Below, one piece after another: positions 15,201 through 28,600 of a stretch of 64,000 nucleotides of DNA. Numbering within the stretch: the stretch's first letter is position 1; each line of letters starts with the position of its first letter. The stretch lies in assembly GCA_051362555.1 (NCBI GenBank), contig CM120641.1, positions 19,220,001 through 19,284,000 of the forward strand, read 5' to 3'. Below the pieces are notes generated by a model, which saw only the letters and a program-made list of their open reading frames with translations, did no database searches and was not told the DNA's origin. Origin of the DNA: Lingula anatina. Lineage: Eukaryota > Animalia > Brachiopoda. Made by a program: the position numbers and the translations under genes.

Positions 15201-18200
15201 CTCGAGAAGCGAGGTGCTCACGCTCCTAGAATGTTTCCGGATATCTTCTACGGGAATTGCCTCGGGACAGGTTCGGGCAATTTCCATTTTCCTTGCATTT
15301 GCATTGAGTGCACTGGTTATGTTATCCACTTCGCCAGGAAGTGAAACCTCTTCACGAAGACGAATCTCAAATCGGCGGGAATATCCCTCGGTAGGTTTCC
15401 ATAATGACTGTAAAATAAGAGGTCTTTCGCTGTCTCCGATAACACGGAAACATTCTGTAGTCCACACGTTTTCCACCTGATTTTCTGAGTCAATTATAGA
15501 GACGTCGCTCAGTTTGCCAACCACGTCACATAAAACGTAGCGTGAGGATTCTGACTGCGGAAGTGCATAGCGCTCCAGAGCCTCTTTTACAAGCTCCTGA
15601 GCCGTGGACTTTGTGGAAGCCAGCACACTTTTATAGTTGGCTCCAGGACAAATGGAATCACCAAATATTTTTAAAACTCCAGGCGAGCATTCTTCGACAG
15701 AGAGCTCTGTTTGAGTCTTTATATCTTCCCGTTTTCTCAAACTAAAAGTCCGTTGTAGGAGGTCCTTTGCGGCCCTGTAGCTACGACGCATCCGCTCTCG
15801 AGAAGGGGAGCGACCTCTCTCGGTCCTCTCCCGCTCCATGCTTTGATCTCGCTTTACTCGTCCTCGACGCATTGATATTAGAAGAGCAGCAGGACCCTGT
15901 TGCGGTGGATGTCCATTTGATTTGGACTTTGGTGACGATTCGACGTCCAAATGGCCATTCTCGTCTTCCATATTGCTTTTGGAGGAGCGCCGTTTATGCC
16001 GCCTGCTTCCAATTTTGTTGCCCGAAATTTTCTCTTCAACAATTTGCTCTATTTTTCCACCATTCTCAGTAATAATGGTTTTATCCCTGTATTTGGATTT
16101 AGATTTATTTGCAAGACCAGATGTTAAATCTGGAGAAGGACGCCTTCCGTATTCATGATCAGTGTTTTCGTTTACTTTGATGGCCTCATTGTCTGCTAGC
16201 GTCACCTCTCCCTGAGGCTCCTTCATGGCCTCGGGGGACGCCAGACGGAGAACAAATCTTGGCGTGGATTTAGCGTTCAGTGCTAGGTCCAGAGGAGTGT
16301 CCTCGTGTTCTAGTCGAATTTCGTCTAAAACAGAAAAGTTAAGAGTAAACGGACAACGAGCATAACTAGCGCGAGTAAGGTCTTAGGATAAGACAAAATT
16401 CAATTCTGCGTGGAAAGAGTTGTCATATATACGTACTTGACAATATCTTTCAATGTTTACAGAGTAGATGCTGAATATCTCATCAACAAACTTCGTTCGG
16501 AATGCTGAACATGGGCAATTTGTAGACCTACTTACACGCCTTTAACTAGACAAACGACAGCTAATAAATAATATGACTGACTGTGTGTTGTAAAAAGAGA
16601 GAATAAAATCCAGCAATTAATTCCTAGTCATTAATGTACCATCCAACAGCCTCTCGTTACTGTAGGCAATACGTGTTCATTATACAAAATGCCATCTCGG
16701 GGATGCATGCAAGACTGGTGTAACATTATAAGTTAAACAGTCTAAATGAGACACATCTGAGACACGTTCAGAACTGATGTTGTTTATATTATTTATATAG
16801 TTAAATTTAAGTCACAAGACGTCACTATTACGTCACTACTTTAAAAAGATATTTATTTATGTTTTGTCTAATTGTCAATTCATCTCTGCATGATTGGTGA
16901 CGCCAATCAGCTGTTTATTTCTGATGTAAGTTAGTCCATTTACGAACAAACATCACATATATTACGGTTCTGAATGCCCGAGGGGAAGATAAATCACTAA
17001 ATCTATAGGTTGTCATCAACATTATCATGTACTTTGTATTCAGGTTATAGGTCTGCCCAACCCGTATATATCTAACATTACAGCAAAACATGCTCTGGAT
17101 CATTAGGATTGAAAGAAAAACCCTGACACCTAAAGAAAGAGAAAAACGAACTTGGACAATTATCCAATTGGTATAAGGTTAAGTGGAAAGCTATTTGAAA
17201 ATTTCAGTCTTATTTATGTATAAAATTGGGTAAGCTGAGCTGCGTAAACATCTAAAGTAAGGACAGGCAGGCACGCGTGTTAGTGCATGTGCATACAGAA
17301 AAATGGCAGCCTCACTAGCACCAAGCAATAACCCTTTTTCGTTTGAAATATATAAAAATATTAAATCGTAATGAAGTTAGAAATGCGTACTAATACAGCA
17401 CTTACAAATTGCTATGTACTAGTCAATATAACTCTTTGCGTTCTCTTACAGCCATCCTAAAATAGTACTTATTATAGACTAATTTCTTACTGGATCGGCT
17501 CCAGAAATGCTCCATTGCTTCTTTTTATTAATGTCTCGAAAACTAGTACATCATACAAAAGCCCGATATTTATTTCTCACTTGATTTTATCGATCCTCCA
17601 GAAAAAAATCTTTAAAAACACACCATTCTGATAGAGGGGTCTTTTTTTTTAAACAATAGCTAGGCGCCAACAAGTTGCACCTGTAACGAGGGCAAGTCAC
17701 CTCGCCTTGGTGCACTTTTATATGCTGTAAAATATGCACTTTCTTAATGGTTTTGTAAGCGTACACCAGTTGAACGCTTTGCTTAAAGGGTTAACAACTG
17801 TTCGTATGATATTCATATATCACGATAAAAACATTGTAAAAAAATCATAGAAATATAATAAATTCCATTCAACCACCAGAACAGCAGTTATCGCAATTAT
17901 TATGAAACCTGTGCTTATCATCAGACCACGGCAACCTTAATACATGGCTATACCTTCGTAGTAATCTCTTAGAAATTATTAAAAAAACTTTTAAAAAGCC
18001 ATGGACTATTACTTTGGTGTCGGAATGGATTCAATAACTATTGGTAAGTACGGGAAATCATCGCTTTCCCCAGGAAAATCCTTTTTTTTTTTTGCCAATA
18101 CGAACAGTTGTCATAACGTTGCACATGACAATCTATTTTTTGTGAGATAAAAATGTTTAAGAGAATTGTTTGGTTGCTTTGGTTACACTGTGTGTGGAAA

Positions 18201-21200
18201 AATGGAAATCTTGTGTCAGTTGTATCATTAAAGTAAATCAAATTCGTGTATATCTTTCTTTATTTACATTTGTTTGATTCAAAATTTGATTCAAATCAAG
18301 TGATGAATGAGGAGAAAACAACATTGCATGTGCAATTGCTTACACACTGTGGTAAAATCCCATACATACCACCAATTTATCACCTTTTAGAACAGAGACT
18401 CCCTGTGTCACTTTAAACCCCACCTTCATTCGAAAATCTCCGAAATACGTGAAGTAAGAAAAAGAACCGACCTCTCGCTGTACGTTGTTTGGATTTCCCT
18501 TTTTTGAAAGATTTTTTAAAATAATATTTTGCCTTTTAAATGCTACAATGGCAGAAACAAACGGCAACATTTGCTCTGTTTAACCAGAGGCGTGTGGTGT
18601 ATTGGGTCGAGAATTCCACCTCCAAATGGACATCTTTGATTCACCTGTGTTTATGGGCATAAGAGCCACCTCTTCATCATTAACCAAGTCCTCTCTGTTT
18701 CCCTTTATGTACTGTAGTACAGGTATGGTGCCAAGGCCCTAGGGATATTAAGCATTTGTATCGTTTCCAATTCACCTTTATAGCTGTCGATATAAACTAT
18801 TCTCGCCTTTGAATACTCTTTGATAGAGTAATCTTCCAGGTGTGTATATACAACTATAGCACTGGGGAAAAGACCTGAGCACTAGCATCGCAGAGTGTAT
18901 AGAAGCCGCGATATCAAATATTGACACAACAATACCTATCATCAGCCGTCACCTGGGCAGACCCTCTGCGACAGATTGAAAAGAAAGGTGCACAACAATC
19001 CCACTAAGGTGGCAGTATAAGTTTATCTCTTTCAGATAATAAAATATACGGAGCTTCAAGTACTATATGCACATGTAGGCTACTTGCTAGAGATTCATAT
19101 TTTATGCACGCACTTGCAAGCACAATAAAATACAACTTGAGGGTCTAGAAATAATTCAGCCTAATATATTATGGAAGGGCCTCGGTGTTGTTATCGTTTA
19201 GACTTTCCTAACTTGCTTTAAAGATACACTGCCACATGTAATTTTACTGTACAATTACATAACTGTGCCTTACCTCCGTCAAGCACAACGTGCAAGTGGT
19301 GAGTGGAATCACTACAGTCACTGTGGTTGTTGATGTTGAACTTCTCTATTAGTTCAGGAAGCAAACTATCCACAGTAGTCTTATTTGTTAACTTAACAGC
19401 CTTGGTCAAGTTTTCTTGTCCTCTGGCATAGTAAAACCGTAGAACTCCCTCAAAGATGTGATCCAACTTATTATCTTGTGTCTAAAAGAATAAAAATATA
19501 GAAATTATTGCACCATGCGTGTAAGAGGGACAACGCCATTCTAGTGTAACTAGCATTCTGCCAGAAGTTCATTCGTCCACTTCAAGCGTGTAGAAATAAA
19601 ATGTCGATTAATTTACAATGGCCTTGCTAATCACGGTCAATTAAAGCCAATAGCAACTGTGAGCGTTAATTAAGTAACCCATGAAGATAAACAGATAAAA
19701 TAAATATTCAATTAAGGTGCGGTTGTGCGTTGAACGTATTGTTGGCAAAAACCAATAGTAATTTATGTCCACTGTATCAAGGTGAGTCAATGAAGTCCCA
19801 CGTAGACACACTTTTCCCTGCACAGACTTCATGGTCACTTTTCCTCAGCGCAAGAAGTTGATAGCAGTTAAGACATGAACTCTTTTGTAAGTAATTATAT
19901 CTGCAATTTTCTCATCATGAAATAAGTGACAATAGGCGCATATAGCAAGACTGAAAATTATGAATAATCAGACCTACCCAACTACCAGAAGCGGTACCGA
20001 AGGATCCCGAATTCACCGATAGATCGGATCGCGCTACCGGTTTTCGAGACAGAAATAACATATATATACATTACCTGTATATACCGAGCTCAATGTGTTA
20101 TTAACATTGTCGTTGAAAAAGAGGTGGATCTGTTTGATTCGTTACCAACGGTCTAGGATCGCTGTAACTAAAGCAGTGATATATTTTTGCCACCATTAAA
20201 GGGGCTGTTCATGGCATTTTTGAGTGAAATAATACAGAGCGAATTATTCCTGCGCCATCGATAGTATTCCAGTACTCGTCGAACCTCGAGCCCTCGAGCT
20301 GCTAACTGATTTTTAACCCATGAAATACAAGTTTCTGTTCCCTATATTTCAGCCGACCCTTGCATTTCACTTAATTTAAATATACAGTCTCGAACAGGAG
20401 TATCAATACAAGTATTGCTGCGTATTAAGATGAACTTATTGAATTAAAGACAAAATGATTATATCATTTTGTCTTTAATTCAATAAGTTCATCTTAATAC
20501 GCAGCAATACTTGTATTAAGATGAACTTATTGAATTAAAGACAAAATGATTATATCATTTGTTCTTGTCTATCAACCTTTCCTACCCCTTTGGGTCCCGT
20601 TAAAAAGTTCAAGAAGGAAAAGAAATGGAAAATGTGAAGAGAAGAACGACAGTGAATTCAAAAGTCTGTATGCGCTCTGGCTGAATTTGAAAAGAAAAAA
20701 ATGCAATACCAGATTTCAAGTGCAAAAGTAAGAAGGAGGCTAAATGAATTGATAACACAGATTATGCTGGCTTCGGTGTCACTCGACAGGACCTGATGCT
20801 CGACATGAATTTGAACACAAGAGCTACCTCTCATTATAATTTCAAGTGCTCTGTTAGTAATTTGATCATTTCGATAGAATTGCACCCCATTATGAATGCT
20901 GGCATTCAAACACTGTCGATAGAATAACAAATAAAAGAGTTACTCCTTTACACGCAACATACATTTGTTAGACGCCCTTATTCGGTGTTGAATATAACTT
21001 ATATAAGGAAAAAACTTTACAACCATTTTTCGAGTGTTTATGAATTCTGACTTGCAGGTATCCAACAAGAAATTTGAATTTTTTAAAAAGAGGCTTTTAA
21101 TGTCAAATTGAATTTAAATATTCAAAATAATAAAAGAATGAATAGTTTAAAATTTAAAGGAAAACATAGCTGTAACAATGAGACATACCTCCTCTACAAG

Positions 21201-21470
21201 ACGAATTTTAAAAGCTTCAAGGGCGACGCGTCGATTATAGTTATTGATCCTTTCCATTAGTTGCTCCCGGTCAGCCAAAACCTCTTCTGTCGTCCCTTCT
21301 TCGCATACTTCTTCATTCTCCTCCTTGGCTTGCTCGTGAAGACTTTGTAGGTGCGCCAATACCTGAGAGTTGACAAGCATGTTCAAATTGGACCGTTTAC
21401 TCTGAAACAGTCCCGGGGCTTCGTTCCCCTTCTGTAGTTCTTCTAACAGAGAAGGCGACATTTGTGACAT
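6272..21470 (-). CDS. RADIL: RADIL/RASIP1-like protein (RA-RA-FHA-Dilute-PDZ), 13 coding exons, ~1729 aa
   Basis: Phase-compatible GT-AG exons: 21470-21189, 19481-19274, 16324-14313, 13615-13578, 13135-12883, 11658-11427, 11190-11018, 10517-10370, 10062-9916, 9263-7950, 7395-7253, 6840-6701, 6371-6272 (5190 nt in total, divisible by 3). Motifs: RA domain PGVLKIFGDSICPGANYKSVLAS..AQELVKEALERY; FHA-like VMIGRG..DISLHAPDV..QHC; DIL domain WMSNALE, QLFCYLFFFSNASL, GAQLRGNLD; PDZ KGLGLGLIDG..GIYVRTLVAGGPA..DGRLNVGDRILAVNG. The start exon is the least certain part. Confidence 0.88.
20405..20560. repeat. Perfect 55-bp inverted repeat (3-nt loop) followed by a direct third copy (inverted triplication)
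   Basis: 20405-20459 is the exact reverse complement of 20463-20517. 20513-20560 repeats 20422-20469 directly. Confidence 0.9.
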
Positions 21471-22844
21471 TTTGGTACTTACTTGTGGCTACGGGTGCAA
21501 ACTAGCCAAAATCTCGGTAACAATCGCATGTAGTGTATACCTTGCCATCGGAGGAACAAGCGAAGGGAGCCATGGCGCGCGTTTTCAACTTTAAGACAGC
21601 AGCTACCCCTGTACTGTATGCATGGTTACTTCCACTTGATCCAAGTTCATTGAATGACAAACAGCGTTGAAAAATGCCAAAATCTCAGGATAAACGAGCA
21701 CCGTTTGCGCAGTAGTATTCCTCAATTATTGTCCGCTGCGAGTGTTTGTTATATTCCACCTAATGTGCCACAGTACCTTGTATCATCTCCAACATGGGCA
21801 AACTGCGGGACGTGAGGAGAATTGATTTAAGATAGCCGAGTATTGAATATCATATCACCAGCTCACACGGGGCATGCGTACACAGTCCAGCCGCCCAGTA
21901 CAAGTTTATGTGCTGTAGTATCTCCATCCAAAATCATGGGTGTTTTTTTTTTCAGAACACCGTACATCAACTGGCGGTTTTGTTACCGAAGCCCTAGTAA
22001 GGAAATGCCACCTATTCCTGGTTTGTCACATACTGTTTACCGTACTAACCAAACAGGATTAACGTTTGCCTCGAAATATTTCAAAAGAAAGCCGCGCAGT
22101 GGGAAAAGACTTGATCGGTTTTGTTATAATGTACAAACCAGTATATGTGTGTGTGTTTCCCGAAAAATGCAAATACGATTTGACACAAAAATGACACCTT
22201 CAATGACTTCTAACTCAAAATTCATAATTAAAACGCTGTTTGCAATTCCCTACTATAGTAGTACATGCAGTTAATAGAAGCTGGTCGGTTACATCGACGT
22301 GCGTTTTCTATTTGACCAGCGCTAGTCAAACATCTGAACACCATTCATTATTTATCATTTTGGTTTAGGGAAATAAAAAGAAATCGAAGTGGTAACTCGT
22401 AATACCTATGGGTCAAGTGCTATTACATAAATTATTTCAGGGGTTTTACTTCAAGGTTAATAGTGAACAGCGCCAAACCCCCGTTTTATTCGCGCCTCTC
22501 GATAAAAATAACGAGGACTTCATTTCCATTGAGAAAAGAGAGAAAGAGAGAGAAAAATATTTATTAAGATGGAATAATAGTTCTTACCAGAGCAGAAGTT
22601 GGTTGCTACTGGCCAAAGTTGATCAGACGGAATATTTGATCGACCCAGCCCATTCATCCACGACCAATTCGATTTTTGATGTATTAGAAAGGAATGTTGA
22701 TTGTAAAATTGAGTTCAAGGACATTTTGACTTAAAATTTTAATTTATTTGATATCATCAAGGCAATGACAAAATATGTGCTTGTTTAAAATAGGCCTTGG
22801 CAGTACAAAATTTAGAATAGCAAATCGTGAAATAATTCGTTTTT

Positions 22845-23131
22845 TTTAGCCAAAAAAAAAAAAAAAAAAAAAAAAAACACGCCCAATTTTTTTATTGTAA
22901 ATACGTTTTATAAACAGGTCAAATTAAAAAGCTATAAAGCCGTATTATGAATGACAAGGTCGAAAGCAAACATGGTAAATAATTTTAGGTATTCAGTTTT
23001 AGCCAAAAAACACACCCAATTTTTTATTATAAATAAGTTTTATAAACAGGTCAAATTTAAAAGCTATAAAGCCGTATTATGAATGGCAAGGTCGAATGCA
23101 AACACGGTAAATAATTTTAGGTATTCAGTTT
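22845..23131. repeat. Tandem duplication of a ~135-150 bp unit (two copies, variable poly-A)
   Basis: tttagccaaaa..cccaattttttatt..ataaacaggtcaaatt..gctataaagccgtattatgaatg..caaggtcgaa..ggtaaataattttaggtattcagttt occurs twice back to back. Confidence 0.85.
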
Positions 23132-25673
23132 ACTACAAAATGCTAGACAATTCGTTTTTAAAAGGAGTCTGTTACAACATATAAAATGAACGTCCCCGTG
23201 AAGATCGATGTCGTTTTAATGAGGTGCACCGTCAATGGCACTAATGCTAACAAGAACCCGCTACTTTATATGGCTCAGAAACTAACTTTAGATACATGGA
23301 GAGCGTAAAATAGGGTAAAGCACACTGTATATACGTGAAAGCAATATTTTGGCTGTAAGCTAAATCGAAAAATCAAGCAAATTTGCTGACAATTTTCAAA
23401 GTTACTTACCGGTGTTGTAATATTCTTCTGTTACTGTGCTACACCAGTTGAAAAGTGACAGGCCACTTCGGTTATGTTTGTCTACAGCTTTAAAGGTCCT
23501 TGTGAAACCACGGAGGGCGATCTGTGGCGATGGTTAGCGGGAAAGTCACAAGCTATCCTTACTGCACAAACAATACCAATCGAAGAGCAAACTTCAATAG
23601 AACTATCGGAATTCTTTGGCTTTTGTTTTTATTTTCGCTCTTCAGCTTACGCTAGGATGTGTCCGCGGTTATAGCTGTACAAATATTGCACGTTTATTGA
23701 GGTTTCTCCGTATTTACTGAACAAACCCAGGGGTTAAAGGGGAAACGCTTTAACAGCTTATAAGAAGCCAGTATAGATTTACGATTAGCTATAGATTCAG
23801 CAGCAACAAGCTGCTAAGTTTTCAGACATTAGAATGGGCATCGATTGGACCTTTGCCCCAGGACATTCTAGAAAATATTCATAAACATAACAGAATAGCT
23901 CTGGAAATTCAATATAGCCCGATCGTCTGCACGTTTTTCTCAAGATCTTTGGACTACACCGGGTGACGTCAGAAGAGATGCCAAAGACAAGAAAATAGAA
24001 ACGTATTATAATTGACAGTGTGACAAAAATGCACGTTCAGTTTTCGACGTGAGGCATCAGTCTGTTATTTGCATTTTCAATAGCCCTACTCCCTGAATAC
24101 AACGTGAAAATAAACGTGGATAATAAACCTTGCTGTTATCATATTAGTTAATTATTTGTCTTCACTGGTATGAAATTGACTGCGACCAAGCTTTGTGATT
24201 GTGTTTGTCTCAACTAGCACATTCTAATCGAAAATCTGCTTCGTCGAAACCATATGGAGATATGCAAGTGTTGTAACAAACAAAAGAATTAAGCAATAAT
24301 TAACTTATCGTCTTTTGACTTGAGAGTTAATTTTATAGGCTTGAATACCAATATCCACATCTTTAGAATTAATCATATAAATTATTTGCAAACCATTGCC
24401 ATAACATACTACATGTACAGGTACATGTACCACCTGTATTTCAAATAGAAATATAAAGACAAAGGTAACACTGGACTTTCAAAATGGTCAAAATTTATTT
24501 CATACACTTCCTGGGACAGAAAATACAACAAAAATGCATATAAATGAGGTTACAAAAGTAACGTCACTAAGAATTTTCTATCATTATCAAGAAATACCAA
24601 CAAATTCCTGAAACTCTACTATACTTTCTCATTTCATGAAACCAGTGCATAGCATCTGGTTGTGAATACTATGCACAAAGTGACTACTAACTCTACTATT
24701 ATGCACAAGCTGAAGGAGTTCCACATTTTATGAAGAAAGAAAACATGGATCTTTTAGCACGATTCACAATGATAGACACGTATCACAAAAGTAAGAAAAA
24801 AATGGATAATTTTCATTTTCCGTGCACTTTGATCTCATCAGGGGTAATTGAGAGATGCAGGATATAGATCTCTGCCACTGTTAATACCTATTAATGCAGA
24901 GATGTCACTTGTGTTTGGCACTCTCTGCCGTGGTAATGGGGAGATCAACACTTGCAACAGTGATGTCAAAACCCGGCTGATAATACCTGCATCCCTTGTT
25001 AACCCCTTAATGATCAACATGCACAAAAATGACTGAAAATGACCAGAAAGTGACATTACCCTGTCATACCCTTGCATACTTAGGGGTGAAAAAGTTGTCC
25101 TTTTAACAGCACCACACAATGCAAATGTTACATTTAATTTTATGCAACAGAAGTACTAGTACCTCTACTTGCTTTGAAAGTGCCTACCTTAGCACAGGTA
25201 TGTCAGTGTTAACAAGAGAGCACTACAACCATTGAGATTGTAAAGAGATCACATATGTAAATTTTATTGACTCTAATATTCTCCTTGTCTTTGTGAATAA
25301 ACTTAACTTGCATCAGAGACTGCATCCTTTCTTAACAAATGATGTAATGGCTCACACATGGCACATTTACTCAAAGTGAAAAATTTGCAGTATATATTAG
25401 ATAAAGTCAGACACTATTAGAAAACCGGTGAAGCCATCCAGAATTTTTTTTGCATCAACATCCCCATAAATAAAATGTTTTAAGATCCTGCTGCTTTTAT
25501 ATCTGTTGCACAATACTACTGCTATTGCCCTGGAGATAAAAGTGGTAAGATTTAAAAAAAAATCAAAACCTAGGTACAACTGTAGGGGAAAAAACTGAGC
25601 TTTAAAGCTGTCCTCAAATAGACAATTTTGTAAACAAGTAGATATGTCTCATCTCTGAACTCCTAACCAAACT

Positions 25674-28600
25674 TCACCTCAATGTTGGATCATCAATAGC
25701 TCGCTGTGGATTACATGTGAAAGAGACAGTGATGGCGTATCTTGTACCACTGGTCAATTTTTCCACATAATGAAGATTTTCAGAACCAGAAGTGAAGAAA
25801 GAGAGACGGCCTGGAATAATAATTTCAGTAATTATAAAAAGTCAGTGTATTGCACATTGTTTATAAGTGTGCAAACTCTTAATTCACAGATAATTCACAG
25901 ATACACGCAGATAATGACATGCATGCACAGTCACACATGACCAGCCAAAATGAGCTAACCCCACATGTGCATCACCACGAAAAGGCACGAAACCATGACC
26001 AGCAGAAATGGTTTAAAGGTGCATGTGCATCATTATCTGTGGAAAAATGCATAGCATCTGACTTAAGGCATCACTGTTATGATATAATTCATTCATATGA
26101 CTTCTTTTTCATGCTACATTTACATGTTTAAAGAACGTACCACGCTTTGGATCCACTGTCTTGTTAATATCCTTGTCTACAAACACAAATCTCCCTCCTT
26201 TGAAGTCTGTGCCATACTCTGAGAGATAGAGCAAAGAGGTGTAATGAAAAGATCCATACGTCTCCTGAAATGACAAATTTAACCTTTAAATTAGAGAATG
26301 TTCTAAAACATAATTTTACTTGGAGGTTCATAATAAGTAGAACACCAATATGTATTTGTACTTTGGCAGCACAGTTACTATAAATTTCTTAATAAATGCA
26401 TTTTTTTCCATTTGGGAATTGATAGAGAACAAGTGGTCCAGTCATTGCAGAACTCATTGACATTTAGTGTTGAAATAAATTACAACCCATTAAAAACTGA
26501 AAATAGCCTGCTTTTCTTCAGCATGTAATGTTTAGTGCACAAACAGACCATGAATGTAGTACACAATAATTTTAATTTGTACCTTATCAACATGTGGATG
26601 CCAATACTCATCATGAACAGTCTGGGCTGGTTTTGTTGTCATCTGGGAAAAAAATGTTGGATTTGTGAGGAACAGTTTTTCTCTAGGGATGCCAAACTCT
26701 GCTGTTATAGTGTGTTGGATACGATCCTTCACTCGCCTGAAAGGAAGGATAAATTTGTGCTATGGTAATTGCTCTCAAATTTCAAACAAATTTTTTTTTT
26801 TTAGTTTTTTGCAAAACCTTGCTTTCTGGCGATAAGTTGCCTAACTTCTTTTTTAAAAGTTAAAACTTCCGATTTGTCTATTACAAACAAAACATTATTT
26901 CATTTATTACTATATTTTTCACATTTAATTTATTTAGCTATATATAAATTCTATTTTTATTCAAAGTACATAAGATTAACCTTCTGTATAGATATAACTA
27001 CTATCACAACACAAAGTTCACATATTGTAAAAAAAGAAATGAATGTGGTCAAACTTACGTATATAATTTGAAATCATCCTCAGTAAATATGTTGATGCTT
27101 TTGGTTTTCTGTAAACTAAGAAAAATTGCACAACATATTTCAGCCAATATCTCAAATGTGAAATATGCTTTAATCCAACACAATGGATATCTTTTAATTA
27201 GCAATCTACTTTCATACAGAGGCCAGGGTTGTTGCAGGTATTATTATCTATACTTTTTACATAGTCTAAACTAAACTGATTATATCTGAACATATCTGAC
27301 GGGTTATAGTATTATGGTAAATACAATATCTGTTTATAACTCACAACTTCAAAGCAGCTAAAGATACTTTAAAAAAAGCATCCACTCTTTGATTATTGCA
27401 AAAATACCTGAAAATATCCACAAATTTGTCTCCTTTTGAAAGAGCACCTGAATGAAGATCAAGAATGGAAGCCTGAAAAAAAAAAATAGACACAACATAG
27501 ACCACTTTACAATGGGCAACTTCACAGTATTTTCACCCCTTGGTGAATTTTGCATTCACCTTTAAAAGTTTCTACCACTCTCATTTTTATTTACTTCATT
27601 TGAAATAGTGAGGCACACCTGCTGAGTTATAAGAAGTAAAGAAAAAAAATTCAAGGAGAAAAGATGTCATCTAAGTAAGACGCACTACATGCAATGATCC
27701 AATACAAACACATCTGGCAATTTCAATAGTATAACAATGCTGTATTCCTGTTATGTACCAGTAATATTTTACCAGTATTCCAAATACACTTGTACCAACT
27801 TACACCATGTACTTTTCTAGCTGAGCAAGTGAAATCCAAACCTTACTAGCCTAGCCTTATGACACTTCATCAAAGCAAATCATGCCTCTGAACTTGTCAA
27901 CATGTGATGACCACAAGTAGTCTAGAGAACTACTAGAACTTGAGTCAAATTAAGCATGAACTAAGAATTTTTTGTGTCTCAACCATGTGCAGTGTTTTTT
28001 TTTTTTTTTAAGTAAAATCAATACAGCACTGTTTCCATTGGAAAAATGTTGCATCAAAGAATTTGCAACATTCAAATTTTTCAAAAGTTTTGTTTTTCGA
28101 TTTCGAGCTGTTTCTGTTATTATAGATATCTGCTGACCCAGGTGACTCATGAAAAGATGATTAGGTATGATTTCTAATAAAGCATATGTCCCACAGCAAG
28201 TGAAGACACAATATAATTTATGTGGAACTTACTCCGCCATTGGAACCTCCTAGTGAAAGACCTTTCTTGGCAACACTGCAAATAAAGACAAGGGATTAAA
28301 GCAGGTGCAACACACTAAGTCTAACAGAATGACTTGAATGGTGGATATTCTTAAGAAAATGATTAAACTAATTGGTTGATTATGAAGGTGCTGTGCATAT
28401 GACATTTCCTACCAAAATATTTTCGTTGCCAATATAGACAAGTCTCAGAAAAGCATTCTACTGATAACTACCAAATAAAAAAATTCATGCAAAATTATTT
28501 TCAAACAGGACAACAAAAATTGTTTGAAATTATTTGTTCAAAACAAAAAAATTGAGAAATATGATGACTTATAAGAAATATTTTTGATGACATTTTTTGT

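Noticed and set aside
8009-16158. Multiple plus-strand ORFs of 60-105 aa opposite RADIL exons
   Set aside because: They are antisense shadows of GC-richer coding exons, with no motifs or splice structure.
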